The notes under the pieces are model-generated. The model had not been told where the DNA came from. It saw nothing but the letters and a program-made list of their open reading frames with translations, and ran no database searches. A stretch of 64,000 bases of DNA from positions 9,726 to 73,725 of the forward strand of contig JAYEIQ010000009.1 in NCBI GenBank assembly GCA_034660175.1, read 5' to 3'. The DNA comes from Patescibacteria group bacterium. GTDB lineage: Bacteria; Patescibacteriota; Minisyncoccia; Moranbacterales; DUUL01. The position numbers were made by a program, and so were the translations under genes. Shown here in pieces: positions 26,495-37,265 of the stretch; the stretch's first letter is position 1, and each line of letters opens with the position of its first letter.

Positions 26495-27304
26495 CTATAA
26501 AGAATTGCTTTCAAGGACATTTTTAGCTTTGTTTTTTAGTTCTTTGTTGAATTGATCAATTGCTTTATTCACAATGGGATGAAAATTTTCAGTTATGTTT
26601 TTTTCCTTCACTATTCTTCCTGCTTCCAAAAGTGAATCAAAGGTTCCAGCATCAAGCCATTCACCTTCGAATGTGGCAACTTTGAGTTCATTCTTTTCCA
26701 AATACCAATTATGAAGTGATGTGATCTCTATTTCATCTCGTTTGCTTGGTTTGGCTTTCTTTGCTGCTTCAATCACTCGACTGTCATAGATATAGATTCC
26801 AGGAATGGCATAGTCACTAATCCATTTTTCTGGTTTTTCTTCTATTTCTATGGCTTTCATGCTTTTGTCAAATTTCACAACTCCATAGCGTTCTGGATCT
26901 GGAACTTTTCTAGCAAAAATTAGTCCACCTGATTTGAAGTTTTTGATATGAGGTGTCAGATCTTCCTCAAAGATGTTGTCACCCAGAATCATGGTGACAT
27001 CATCATCATCAATAAAATTTTCACCAACAATGAAAGCATCTGCCAATCCCCGTGGTGTTTTCTGCACACAAAACTCAACATGGACACCGTGTTTTTCAAA
27101 CATGGAGCCGAGCAGATTGAGATATTGTCCAGAATGTTCTGGTGCAACAATAACTAAAATCTCTTTAATGTCGGCCTTTATCAAAACGTTCAGAGGATAA
27201 AATATCATCTGTCTGTCATATACAGGTAATAATTGTTTCGATGTGGTTGCGGTCAAGGGAAAGAGTCTAGTTGCTGTTCCTCCTGCCAAAACGATACCTT
27301 TCAT
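26495..27304 (-). CDS. rfbA: Glucose-1-phosphate thymidylyltransferase
   Basis: GIVLAGGTATRLFPLT...SKQLLPVYD, LGDN and WLDAGT. Confidence 0.95.
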   Translation of the reverse strand: MKGIVLAGGTATRLFPLTATTSKQLLPVYDRQMIFYPLNVLIKADIKEILVIVAPEHSGQYLNLLGSMFEKHGVHVEFCVQKTPRGLADAFIVGENFIDDDDVTMILGDNIFEEDLTPHIKNFKSGGLIFARKVPDPERYGVVKFDKSMKAIEIEEKPEKWISDYAIPGIYIYDSRVIEAAKKAKPSKRDEIEITSLHNWYLEKNELKVATFEGEWLDAGTFDSLLEAGRIVKEKNITENFHPIVNKAIDQFNKELKNKAKNVLESNSL

Positions 27305-27338
27305 TTGTTTGATCTATTGTTTATGACTTGAGAAGATT

Positions 27339-28310
27339 TTATTTTTTCAATTTTTCCCACCAAGATCGATTTTCTTTGTACCACTCAACGGTCTGTTTGA
27401 GTCCATCCGTGAAGTCAATTTGCGGTCTCCAGTCAAGTTCCTTCTCTGCCTTTGAAAAGTCTATTGCATAACGGAAATCATGACCTTTTCTGTCCTCTAC
27501 ATATTTTATCTTCTCTTCACTTTCGCTCATGAGACTCAAGAGCTCTTTTGTGATCTCCATATTATGTTTTTCTGAGGCGCCGCCGAGGCAATAGGTCTCT
27601 CCTAATTGACCCTTTTTGATTACACTTTCCACACCTCTGTTGTGATCATCAACATGTATCCAATCTCGAACATTATTACCTTTTCCATAAACTGGAACTT
27701 TTTGTCCTTGAATGAGATTTGTGATGAATAGCGGGATCAGTTTTTCTGGAAACTGGAAGGGCCCGTAGTTGTTTGAACAATTAGAAATAGTAATTGGTAA
27801 TTTGTGCGTATGAAAATATGATCTCACGAGATGATCTGAAGCGGCTTTTGATGCGCTGTAGGGGCTGTGTGGATCATATGGTGTATTTTCATTGAATGGT
27901 TTGTCGGAAGTGTTAAGTGAGCCAAAAACTTCATCTGTTGAGATGTGATGAAACCGTATGTTGCCTGATTTTTTTGCCGCTTCAAGGAGATTGTGTGTTC
28001 CCAGGACATTAGTTTGAAGAAATATTGTAGAATTCTCAATAGATCTATCAACGTGGCTTTCCGCGGCGAAATGGACCACCAAATCGAAATTATCATTCTT
28101 AAACAAATTGTTGACAATCTCTTTGTCTGAAATATCCCCTTTCACGAAATGATAGTTTTTGTTGTCTTGAATGCTTTTAAGATTGTCTAGGTTCCCAGCA
28201 TATGTCAGTGCATCCAAATTGACAATTTGATCTTCTGGATTTTTTTCAAGCCAATAGTGAATGAAATTTGAGCCAATAAATCCAGCTCCTCCGGTGACAA
28301 GAATTTTCAT
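27339..28310 (-). CDS. rfbB: dTDP-glucose 4,6-dehydratase
   Basis: GGAGFIG, AAESHVDRSI, STDEV and YSASK. Confidence 0.97.
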   Translation of the reverse strand: MKILVTGGAGFIGSNFIHYWLEKNPEDQIVNLDALTYAGNLDNLKSIQDNKNYHFVKGDISDKEIVNNLFKNDNFDLVVHFAAESHVDRSIENSTIFLQTNVLGTHNLLEAAKKSGNIRFHHISTDEVFGSLNTSDKPFNENTPYDPHSPYSASKAASDHLVRSYFHTHKLPITISNCSNNYGPFQFPEKLIPLFITNLIQGQKVPVYGKGNNVRDWIHVDDHNRGVESVIKKGQLGETYCLGGASEKHNMEITKELLSLMSESEEKIKYVEDRKGHDFRYAIDFSKAEKELDWRPQIDFTDGLKQTVEWYKENRSWWEKLKK

Positions 28311-28355
28311 ATGTTGTTACGTAACAAGAAACGTTAGTTAATGCTATGATATAGT

Positions 28356-28901
28356 CTAAAAAGGTGTATCAAAATCACTAAATGTTGGTAGAATTTTGTC
28401 CTTTTCTGAAAGAATTGGATTTTCCGTTGGCCAGTCGATGTTTAAAACAGAGTCATTCCAGATGATTCCGCTGTCACTTTCTGGAGCATAGAAGCCATCA
28501 ACTTTATATACGAATTCTGTATTCTTTTCAAGTGTGCACATGCTGTGAGCAAATCCTCTGGGAACAAAAAGCATTTTTTTGTTTTCTGCGCTCAACTCAA
28601 AGCTTTCCCACTTTCCAAATGTTGGAGAGTTTTTTCTGATATCGACAATAACATCCGATACTGATCCGCGTGTGACTTGAACCAATTTTGCTTGGGCATG
28701 AGGTGGTTTTTGAAAATGAAGTCCTCTCAAAACTCCTTTTTCGACAGACAAGGAGTGGTTATCTTGAACAAAATCTGCATTAATTCCGTTTTGTGCGAAA
28801 AGCTTTTTCGAATATGTTTCCATAAAGAAACCCCGTCTGTCCTCAAATACTTTTGGTTCAATGAGGACTGCATCTTGAAGTGTTGTTTTTTTGAATGTCA
28901 T
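28356..28901 (-). CDS. rfbC: dTDP-4-dehydrorhamnose 3,5-epimerase
   Basis: DRRGFF, QDNHSLS..GVLRGLHFQ and VPRGFAH. Confidence 0.96.
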   Translation of the reverse strand: MTFKKTTLQDAVLIEPKVFEDRRGFFMETYSKKLFAQNGINADFVQDNHSLSVEKGVLRGLHFQKPPHAQAKLVQVTRGSVSDVIVDIRKNSPTFGKWESFELSAENKKMLFVPRGFAHSMCTLEKNTEFVYKVDGFYAPESDSGIIWNDSVLNIDWPTENPILSEKDKILPTFSDFDTPF

Positions 28902-28988
28902 TACTTGATGCTAAATTTGTTGTGTTCTAAGAGTAGCACTTTACTTATAATTTTAAAACATAAATCAAGTACGTTTAGCAATGTCTGC

Positions 28989-30737
28989 TCAAAAAAGATC
29001 TTTCCAATAAACTCGAGGTTTTCTTCCTGGTTTTTGTTTCTTGGTGGTTGTGTCTGTTGTGCCTGTGTTGGTGTTTTCTTGAGGATCTTTTTTATTTTCC
29101 AATTGAACGGTTTGAAAATCTTTTATTCTCCAGAGCACTATTCTGCCAAAATGTTCCGGGTTGTCTTCTAGAGAAATCTTATAATTTTGCTCAAATTTTT
29201 CATCAATAATATATTGTGCATCCTTGGAGTCTTTCTCGATTACAAAAAACATACAATTATTGGGATGCTTGGATAATGTTTTGCTCACTCTTTTGATTGG
29301 GTAGTTGGGATAGCAATGACGGTGGATATACTTGTACGCACTTGCGAACGGTGACTCTGCGTTAAAACAGACAATCTTATTTTCTTGTTCAGCTCTAGTT
29401 TTCATGTGGCTTATTGTTTTTGTCATGTTGCTAAGTGTAATTAAATCTTTTTGTTGCAATGTTGTACTTGTCCAAGTTCTTTTCAGGAAATACGCTTGTT
29501 TTTGAATTGCTAAACTTTTATACCAATTAATTATCGCAGTAGTATTTGCGATCACTAAAAGAAGAGTAAGAACGAATACGAGAGATCTTCCTGTGGCTTT
29601 GTTTTTCATTTCCCACAAAACCGAGAAGAAGAATGCAAGAAAAATGAAAGGAAGATGAAAAGATGGAAACCAGAATCTTGTTCTGTTTATATCAAATGCA
29701 AGCTTGAGATGAATAAACAAAAAAACCAAAAACCAACAAAGAACGAGTCCAATAAAAGGATGCCAAAACAGCTTACCTTTTTTTGTGGATAGTTTGTTTC
29801 TGCGATATGCGATACTTCCAATGCCTATTAAAAAAATTACATCTCCAAGAAAATAAGCTTTGCTAAACTCATCGTCAACAAATGAAGTGAGGGTGAAGGT
29901 ATAGTATTTTCCGTACATCTCTCCAGTTTTGATCAATGAGCGGTTCAGTGGTCTTTCTTTTGCGCGATTTGTGAGGGCGTATTGAAAGTTTTTTAAATTG
30001 TTTCCATTGTTTTTGATATCACTTAAAAAAACCGGAGAATACATGATAAGTAAAATTGCAATAGCACTCACCCAGAACTTCCAGCAAATTTTTTTTGGTG
30101 GGTAAAAAATCCAAAATAAAATGGCAACAAATGGATAACCAAGCAAAGCCAAAAAGTGAAGTTGACTGACAATTCCATAAGAAAATGCTGACAAAATCAG
30201 CCACCACCCAGCTTTGTTTGTTGACGTGGAAGATTTGTATATACCGAGCAAGAATGAAAGTCCCCAAAAAGGAATAGAATTTGGATTCCAAGAAAAGCGT
30301 GAATACTGGGCCAGCACATAAGAAGAAGCATATATTGAAGATACAAGCAAACTAACTCCTTTATGAAAAAATTGGCGAAGAAGTAAATAAAAAAGAGGAA
30401 TAGAAAGAAGAAGAAATGCTAAGTTGCTATATGCAAATGTGGGTGGATGAAGATTGCCTGTAATTTTGGTTGTCAGAAACTGAATATAAAGATAAGCTGG
30501 TCCAAGAAAAAGATCAGTTCCTCCGGCTCTTGGTCCCAGAAGAGGAAGTTCGCTTGGTCCGTTTTCAAATGCCGCACTTATTGCATTAGCATCTCGTGCT
30601 TGGTCAGATTTAAAATAGAGCCAATCGTGGAGATTATACGAACGAACTAAAAAAGCAAGAATAATAAGTAATCCCAAAGCCCATATATCCCATCTTTTTT
30701 TAAAATGAAGGTTTGTTTTTATTTTTTTGAATGTCAT
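28989..30737 (-). CDS. GT-C membrane glycosyltransferase (ArnT/PMT-like), paralog 1
   Basis: DQARD, LPLLGPR, LGPAYLY, SRFSWNPN, QLH; many TM segments. Confidence 0.82.
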   Translation of the reverse strand: MTFKKIKTNLHFKKRWDIWALGLLIILAFLVRSYNLHDWLYFKSDQARDANAISAAFENGPSELPLLGPRAGGTDLFLGPAYLYIQFLTTKITGNLHPPTFAYSNLAFLLLSIPLFYLLLRQFFHKGVSLLVSSIYASSYVLAQYSRFSWNPNSIPFWGLSFLLGIYKSSTSTNKAGWWLILSAFSYGIVSQLHFLALLGYPFVAILFWIFYPPKKICWKFWVSAIAILLIMYSPVFLSDIKNNGNNLKNFQYALTNRAKERPLNRSLIKTGEMYGKYYTFTLTSFVDDEFSKAYFLGDVIFLIGIGSIAYRRNKLSTKKGKLFWHPFIGLVLCWFLVFLFIHLKLAFDINRTRFWFPSFHLPFIFLAFFFSVLWEMKNKATGRSLVFVLTLLLVIANTTAIINWYKSLAIQKQAYFLKRTWTSTTLQQKDLITLSNMTKTISHMKTRAEQENKIVCFNAESPFASAYKYIHRHCYPNYPIKRVSKTLSKHPNNCMFFVIEKDSKDAQYIIDEKFEQNYKISLEDNPEHFGRIVLWRIKDFQTVQLENKKDPQENTNTGTTDTTTKKQKPGRKPRVYWKDLF

Positions 30738-30854
30738 TTTGTTGATAATACTGATTTTTATATAACAAGAATAACATTTTGTGAAGATATTTTGAAGTTC
30801 TTTGTCAGCAAAAAAGAAGTTTTTTGGGCTTCTTTCTTTTCTTGAATTGTGTGA

Positions 30855-32255
30855 TCATTCCAGTTCCCAGTCCATATTCAGTTGGATCTCGTGTTTTTCG
30901 GCCTCTTTATTTTTGCGAGTGATCAGGATCATTCCTTTTGGGTTCTTGGTTCCTGATTGTTTTTGAATCAAAAGTCCATAGTCATCTTCTGTGAAATTTT
31001 CTGGCAGGTCATATATGAACTCAACAGTTTTGCTTTTTCCGAGTGGAACTCGAATCAAGCTTCCAAAGTATTTTTTTCCATTTTCTTTTCCAAACTTCAC
31101 ATCTGAAAGTTCTCTGGAATCAACAAGCCAACTGTTCTCGGAAACAAAAACGCGCAGATATGTTTGATAGTCAGTTATTTGCCAATCGCGAACGCTTCCC
31201 TTGTGCGAATATGTGATTGCAAGTTTTGCGCGAGGACGTTCTCTGTTGAAATCAACATAGTATTTAAATGATCGTCTCATGACTTGATCTGATTTGTATG
31301 CTGCCAAATTTGCATCCACTATCATCAGATAGTCTTTTTCTGTATTTTTCACTTCTCCGCTCCAGTTCAAATATGAGATTTGGTCTTGAAGTTCTTGGTT
31401 CTCGAAAAAGATCATCACATCTTTTTCATTGAGATGTTGCTCAATTTTTTCCACCAACTTTTTCTTCTTCGAAATGCTCATTTCCTGTGCTTTCTTGAGA
31501 ATCTCTCTTGCCATGTCTTTTATAATGTATTTTCTTTTGTCAATGTCTATATCTTGTTCCAAATATCCTTGCTCAACCTGAAATTGAAGTTTTGAAATAG
31601 CATTTTCACTGTTGTATTCTCCTTCATATCTTTCAATAGTTATTGGACCAGTTACTTCAAGGAAAGATGAAAGAATTTCAGTTGACACGGCAATTACACC
31701 ATCCAGCTCTTCTTGACCGCCTTGAAGATGATAGAAAAAGTCAGCCTTCTTGGCGTTTGTTGGAAAGTCAGCGGACCAATTACTGTCACGCAACTCCCAG
31801 TCTTTGATTGTAAGAGTTTTTGACATTGGAAAGGGTGGTTCAATTCCAGTTTCGACTACATTGTCAAAGACTGTAGTGTCATGGGTATCAACAAAAGTCA
31901 CAGAATTGTTTTTCACCTTGAGGATTCCGAATGTTCCAATGAATCCTCCTCCAGGACGAAGCTCATGATTATTTTGGAAAAGAATCAAAAAAGTTTTCTC
32001 TTCCTCGCCAGCTATAAGTGGGATTATTTCAAAAATAACACTCAATTCTTCTTTTTGTTGGTTTGTTACTGGAAGAACTTTGACAACTGGCTTGATGAAG
32101 CCAATCATTCCAATCAATCCATGATGTTTGTATTGCCAGAAAGCAGTCCAGCCAATCAAAAACAGGATTGAAATTCCCCAAAAGGCTACCCAGAATTTCC
32201 AGGATTGTTGTCTCTTTTTCTTTGTCATGGTGATTTGTTCTTCTATCCTTGCCAT
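30855..32255 (-). CDS. DUF4012-domain membrane-anchored protein
   Basis: FLILFQNNHELRPGGGFIG, RDSNWSADFP, DANLAAYKSD, YLRVFV and QKQSG. Confidence 0.85.
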   Translation of the reverse strand: MARIEEQITMTKKKRQQSWKFWVAFWGISILFLIGWTAFWQYKHHGLIGMIGFIKPVVKVLPVTNQQKEELSVIFEIIPLIAGEEEKTFLILFQNNHELRPGGGFIGTFGILKVKNNSVTFVDTHDTTVFDNVVETGIEPPFPMSKTLTIKDWELRDSNWSADFPTNAKKADFFYHLQGGQEELDGVIAVSTEILSSFLEVTGPITIERYEGEYNSENAISKLQFQVEQGYLEQDIDIDKRKYIIKDMAREILKKAQEMSISKKKKLVEKIEQHLNEKDVMIFFENQELQDQISYLNWSGEVKNTEKDYLMIVDANLAAYKSDQVMRRSFKYYVDFNRERPRAKLAITYSHKGSVRDWQITDYQTYLRVFVSENSWLVDSRELSDVKFGKENGKKYFGSLIRVPLGKSKTVEFIYDLPENFTEDDYGLLIQKQSGTKNPKGMILITRKNKEAEKHEIQLNMDWELE

Positions 32256-32332
32256 TGTGTAAATGTTATGTTTATTCTTTTGCTTACCGCAAGAAATTAT
32301 TCATGTTTTTAACTGATTATTTTCGCACATTG

Positions 32333-33871
32333 TTACTGAAAACGCAACCTTGTTTCTGTGAGTCCAAACACCACTGTTTTCTTTTGCAGATTGAAACCAA
32401 CTGCATATAGTAGCCAAAAAACAATTGCTGCTGGACCAAAGAAAAGCGAGTTTGAGGTCATTGCTAAAAAAACAAATTCAACAAAAATTGCAATGATGAC
32501 GATGAGCCACATGCGGTTGCTGTCATCGGATGTCAAATATGAACTGCGCAACTGCCTGAAATATTGAATTAAAATGCCAAACAAAACTGCCAAACCAATC
32601 ATCCCGAATGTGTTCCAGATCAACAAAAAAGAGTTGTAGATTTGCTTTCCACTGTTGGTTGTGTTTGTTTTTTCTATTCTCCATCCATTTCCCCAAAACC
32701 AATTTGATTTAATTTGTCCGAAATCAGAGAGCCATTGAGAAATGTTGTGTTCTGATTGGGCGGTGATTGAAGAAAAAAATGAAGGCACAACAAGTGTGAG
32801 TGAAACGAGAATTACAATGGAAATGGAAATGAGTGTTTTTTCTCGGAGCAATACTGCGATTACAAAAGTGCCAACCGAAAGAATGACAAGTGAAACATAG
32901 GAAAAAGTTAAAACGAGGGCAACTATTTGAATTGTCAAAGCTCCAACTAAGAAAACTTTTGGGGTGAAAAATGATCGGGTCTTTTCAAAAAATGTTGTTT
33001 TGTTGGAGCTTTCAAGGATGCTGATCCAATATTTTTTTTGTTGTTTGGTGTGAATGGAATCAAAGAGTTGAAAAGATGGCACTTTTAGTTCCTGGGCTTT
33101 TTTCTTTGAATATTTTTTCAAAGAAAGCAAAAGTCCTATATTTAGGGGTATGGAAATCAGCAAAAATGGCGCAAGTGCATTTTCTCCCACCTTAAGAAGA
33201 TATCCATTTCCCAAAAAACCATTGATTTGGTGCTGAATCAAATTGTCGGAAAAAAGCTGAAAAGTCCCTGCGGTGATTCCCATTCCAGTTGGGCTTTGCC
33301 ATCCGAGGATTAGTGATGTGATTCCAAAAAGAGAATGGGCAACACCAATTGAAACAAGAAGGACAAAAAATCTTTCAATTCTTTTTTTTGTTTGAAAAAA
33401 ATGTTGGAAACTTATCATGGTGGTCAAAACCAAAATAAAAAGTGCAGTGAAAATAAAAATTTCAGGATTGATGCTGAGATCGAAAAAATATCCGAAAACT
33501 GAAATGCTGACGCCAATCAAGATCAACAAGAAAAACAAAAAATAGAGTTTCGTTGCTTTCATTTTCACATTTCCAGTCACAATGTGAACAAGACCAACAA
33601 GCGCAAGGATTGTCAAGAGTACTTCATAGATCGAGGTCGAGCCATTTCCAATTTTCGTTGCTGGAATAAGGGCAAGCAAAGCGAACAAAAAAAGCCATCC
33701 GCGAGAAAAACTGTTTTGAAAGATTGCAATGGCGATGATCAGAGTCAGGGAAAGAAGTGCTGCGTTGAAATTGAGTGTGGTCACCAAAATCAAAACAAAA
33801 GCAGCCACGCCAATAATTATTGAAATGAGGGATTCTTCGAACATTTCTTTTGTGAAATGTAAAAACTTCAA
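32333..33871 (-). CDS. O-antigen ligase/polymerase-like membrane protein
   Basis: About 12 TM segments, LTFS, FWGNGW and IYNSFL (Tyr where WaaL-like proteins usually have His); glycan-cluster context. Confidence 0.55.
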   Translation of the reverse strand: MKFLHFTKEMFEESLISIIIGVAAFVLILVTTLNFNAALLSLTLIIAIAIFQNSFSRGWLFLFALLALIPATKIGNGSTSIYEVLLTILALVGLVHIVTGNVKMKATKLYFLFFLLILIGVSISVFGYFFDLSINPEIFIFTALFILVLTTMISFQHFFQTKKRIERFFVLLVSIGVAHSLFGITSLILGWQSPTGMGITAGTFQLFSDNLIQHQINGFLGNGYLLKVGENALAPFLLISIPLNIGLLLSLKKYSKKKAQELKVPSFQLFDSIHTKQQKKYWISILESSNKTTFFEKTRSFFTPKVFLVGALTIQIVALVLTFSYVSLVILSVGTFVIAVLLREKTLISISIVILVSLTLVVPSFFSSITAQSEHNISQWLSDFGQIKSNWFWGNGWRIEKTNTTNSGKQIYNSFLLIWNTFGMIGLAVLFGILIQYFRQLRSSYLTSDDSNRMWLIVIIAIFVEFVFLAMTSNSLFFGPAAIVFWLLYAVGFNLQKKTVVFGLTETRLRFQ

Positions 33872-34016
33872 GCTGTTTGTTGAGATTTAGTTATTCCGAA
33901 GATAATAGCACAAAAAATAGACTTTGTCCAGGATTTATGTTGATCAAGACTTGCTTTGATTGAGTTATAGGATTAGTATTTTTATATTGAAAAAAATTAA
34001 CAAAAAACACATTAAG

Positions 34017-35303
34017 ATGAAAAACGAAAAAAAGACAATTGCAATTGTTGGTCTTGGTTATGTTGGATTGCCGTTGGCACTTCGTTGCGTTGAGCGCGGA
34101 TATGAAGTTTTTGGAATTGATTTGGATAAGAAAAAAAATGAGCAAATAATAAAAGGAAAAAGTCCGCTCAAGGAAGATTTCATTGAGCAAAGAAAGGATC
34201 TTTTGAAAAAAATAAAAGTTTCTGTAAGCGGATCACCAATTAAACGCGCTGACATTGCAATTATTTGTGTTCCTACTCCTGTTGATGAAACTTTTTTCCC
34301 AGACTTAACTCCAGTCAAGTCTGCCACAGGGATGATCATTAAAAATCACAAAAAAGGACAGTTAGTGATCGTTGAGTCAACGATCAACCCTGGAGTTTGT
34401 GAGGAAGTTGTGGAGCCACTCTTTGCTGAAGCTGGATTGAATCATGGACGAGATTTTCATTTGGCTCATTGTCCAGAAAGAATCGATCCAGGAAATAAAA
34501 AGTGGGACGTGACAAATATTCCAAGAGTTGTTGGTTCCATGTCAAGTATAGGATTGAAAATTGCAAAGGAGTTCTATGAAACGATTATTGATGGAGAGAT
34601 CAAATCTATGAAATCAATTCGTGAGGCGGAGGCTGTAAAGGTTGTTGAAAATTCTTTTCGAGACATAAATATTGCGTTTGTGAATGAGTTGGCACAAAGT
34701 TTTGATCAAATGGATATCGATGTGAAGAATGTGATTGATGGTGCGGCAACAAAACCCTTTGCTTTCATGCCACACTATCCTTCCCGGGGCGTTGGTGGTC
34801 ATTGCATTCCAGTGGATCCATATTATCTTATTGAACGTGCGAAAAAAGCAGGTTTTGATCATAGATTTTTGCGTAGTGCGCGGGAGGTGAACAATCATAT
34901 GCCTCGATACACTGTTGAGATTTTGCAAGATGTGCTTAATGATGCAAGATTGGCTGTGCGAGGAACTGCAATTGGAGTGATGGGTCTTTCGTATAAAGCA
35001 AACATTGATGATCTGCGTGAATCTCCCGCTGTCAAGATCATCGCTGAGCTTGAAAAGAAAAAAGCAAAAGTTCTGACTTTTGATCCGTACATCAAATCTA
35101 TGTCGAACGTGAAAACTATTGTTGCTTTTCTGAAGAGATCAACAGCCTTGATCTTAGTCACCAATCATCAACAATTTTTGGACTTGGATCCAAAAGAATT
35201 TAAAAAAGCTGGTGTGAAAGTGATTGTTGATGGGATGAACTGCTTGGATGGTGCAAAAATAAAGCGTTTGGGAATAAAATATCATGGTATTGGAAGAAAA
35301 TAA
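34017..35303 (+). CDS. Nucleotide-sugar dehydrogenase (WbpA/WecC family)
   Basis: GLGYVGLP, ICVPTP, ESTINPG, CPERIDPG, GVGGHCIPVDP and YKANIDDLRESP; ATG 34017. Confidence 0.93.
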   Translation: MKNEKKTIAIVGLGYVGLPLALRCVERGYEVFGIDLDKKKNEQIIKGKSPLKEDFIEQRKDLLKKIKVSVSGSPIKRADIAIICVPTPVDETFFPDLTPVKSATGMIIKNHKKGQLVIVESTINPGVCEEVVEPLFAEAGLNHGRDFHLAHCPERIDPGNKKWDVTNIPRVVGSMSSIGLKIAKEFYETIIDGEIKSMKSIREAEAVKVVENSFRDINIAFVNELAQSFDQMDIDVKNVIDGAATKPFAFMPHYPSRGVGGHCIPVDPYYLIERAKKAGFDHRFLRSAREVNNHMPRYTVEILQDVLNDARLAVRGTAIGVMGLSYKANIDDLRESPAVKIIAELEKKKAKVLTFDPYIKSMSNVKTIVAFLKRSTALILVTNHQQFLDLDPKEFKKAGVKVIVDGMNCLDGAKIKRLGIKYHGIGRK

Positions 35304-35306
35304 CTG

Positions 35307-35750
35307 TCATTCGATATATTTTTTCATATCAAAAGAGATTCGCGATGTTTCTGCGAATCATTTTTCCTTTATAGCGTTCTGTTGACAAGAAGTTCAATGA
35401 GGATCTTGTCTACTCGCTTGAGAGTTTTCTTGGTCTCAGGGTTGATGTTATTGTAAATGACATTTGTCTAGTGTTTGCCGGTGGAATCAAGAACGTCTTG
35501 TTTTGTTTTTTCATTCAAGATCGTATGAGACTAAAATGCCTGGTAAGTTCTTTCAGCTTTTCTGTTGTTGCTTCGTTGTGGAAAAGTTTTTCTTCTTGTG
35601 CCTTTATTTTGAATTGAAGCGAAACAATCGTTTTTTCACAATATATTAATATATTCTCGCCTTGTTGATTTCATCTATGACCTCATCTTTTGTGAGAAGG
35701 TCTTGCAAAGAACATTTATGTTTTCTGGAAAAGCGAATGAAATTGACTGA
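35307..35750 (-). pseudogene. Decayed gene of unknown function
   Basis: Protein-like fragments in shifting frames (LQDLLTKDEVIDEINKARIY*, LQFKIKAQEEKLF, NINPETKKTLKRVDKILIELL) with several stops. Confidence 0.4.
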
Positions 35751-35806
35751 AAATAGCGCAACCTGAATGTACCGAAGTACAGCACGTATTATGAGATTTG
35801 TCAAGA

Positions 35807-35835
35807 TTGTAAAAAAGGCCAATTTGGGCTATTAT
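35807..35835 (+). promoter_or_regulatory. Putative sigma70 promoter for the plus-strand glycan operon
   Basis: TTGTAA, 17 bp, TATTAT. Confidence 0.5.
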
Positions 35836-35927
35836 AAAAGAGAATTTATAAGAAGTTAGTTGGGTATATTGAGCTGAAATTATATCTTTGGTTTGTTTTA
35901 TTTTTAAGGGATTATTAACTATTCTCA

Positions 35928-36938
35928 ATGAAATTGATTGTAAACATTCCGGCATATAATGAGGAAGAAAAAATTGAAGAAACAATAAAGCGTATCAAAA
36001 AAAGCTTTGAGGCGGATTTTTATGTTTCAGGCAAGGGATCGAAAATATCTGAAAAGCTGGTTCAGGTCGTGGACGATGGTTCCACCGATCGAACCACTGA
36101 AATAGCAAAAAAAGCAGGTGCAGATTTGTTGGTATCTTACAAACCAAATCGTCGACTTGCATATTCTTTTAAAAGAGCCGTTGAAAATTCTCTTGCGAAT
36201 GCTACAGATTTAATGGTAAACATCGATGCTGATGGTCAATTTGATCCGAATGACATTCCAAAATTACTCTACCCTATTCTTTCAGGTAAGACAGACATGG
36301 TTGTTGCAAGCAGATTTGGAAAGCATGAGGCAAAGAACATGCCGTGGATTAAAAGTTTTTTAAATAGATTTGCAGCCAGAATGATTGGCTTTTTCTTGAA
36401 TCATAAAATAGATGATCTCACATGTGGTTTTCGAGCGCATAACCAAGAAACTCTGTTGAGATTGAATTTGGCAAATGTTCATTTCACCTACACACAGGAG
36501 ACAATTATTGACGCTATTGGAAAGAATCTCAAGATCAAATGGGTTCCAGTCAAAGTTTCTTATTTCAACGATCGCGAGTCTAGAATCGTCAAATCCGTTT
36601 GGCAGTTTGTGGGTAATTCAGCGAAGATTATTCTCAGTGCAATCAGAGACGTTAGACCTTTGAAATTTTTTGGATGGCCAGCGCTAGCTTTGCTTGCAAT
36701 CGGTTTTGTTGTATTTTTGACTTTCTTGTTTAACTATCTGACAAATGATTTTCGGATCAGGCCATATTTGAACTATATTATTTTTGCATCAATTTCGATG
36801 TTGATAGGTGTTCAACTTCTCATTTTTGCTTTGATAGCAGATATGATAAAATCAAATAGACAGATGACTGAAGAAATGATGTATCGAACAAGGAAGGAGT
36901 TGGTCAATGCAGGTAAGAAAAAAACAGCAACTAATTAA
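35928..36938 (+). CDS. GT2 polyprenol-phosphate glycosyltransferase-like protein with two C-terminal TMs
   Basis: IPAYNEE, VDDGSTDRT, IDADGQF and DLTCGFRA. Confidence 0.88.
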   Translation: MKLIVNIPAYNEEEKIEETIKRIKKSFEADFYVSGKGSKISEKLVQVVDDGSTDRTTEIAKKAGADLLVSYKPNRRLAYSFKRAVENSLANATDLMVNIDADGQFDPNDIPKLLYPILSGKTDMVVASRFGKHEAKNMPWIKSFLNRFAARMIGFFLNHKIDDLTCGFRAHNQETLLRLNLANVHFTYTQETIIDAIGKNLKIKWVPVKVSYFNDRESRIVKSVWQFVGNSAKIILSAIRDVRPLKFFGWPALALLAIGFVVFLTFLFNYLTNDFRIRPYLNYIIFASISMLIGVQLLIFALIADMIKSNRQMTEEMMYRTRKELVNAGKKKTATN

Positions 36939-36959
36939 TATATAAAAAATAAAAATAAA

Positions 36960-37184
36960 ATGAAAAAAAAGAAGAAAGAGGTTAAGGTGAGCATTGAAAA
37001 ATTGCGTTTTTTGCTGGCAATTTTGATTGTTGTCACCGGTGGAGCATTGATGTTATTCCTTTTGGAATCAGACATCTCCAGATATGTTCATAGAATTGAA
37101 GACTATGTTTTATTCCCAATTTCGATCATTTTGCTTGTCACGGGAATTGGCATTGTGGCCAAGAACGCAAGCGCATTCAAATAG
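36960..37184 (+). CDS. Small two-TM membrane protein
   Basis: Basic N-terminus and two hydrophobic helices, in operon orientation. Confidence 0.65.
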   Translation: MKKKKKEVKVSIEKLRFLLAILIVVTGGALMLFLLESDISRYVHRIEDYVLFPISIILLVTGIGIVAKNASAFK

Positions 37185-37265
37185 AATTTTGAAACAAGTT
37201 GAACTAACAGTAGTGAGGGGCTGTTTTTGTTTGTGTCAAAAACAATTTAAATTTAAGAAATATTC

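Noticed and set aside
28886-30737. Identical 16-nt gene starts (ATGACATTCAAAAAAA) in rfbC and the upstream GT-C as cassette boundaries
   Set aside because: Half the match is an A-run typical of gene starts here and the flanks do not extend it; chance is plausible.
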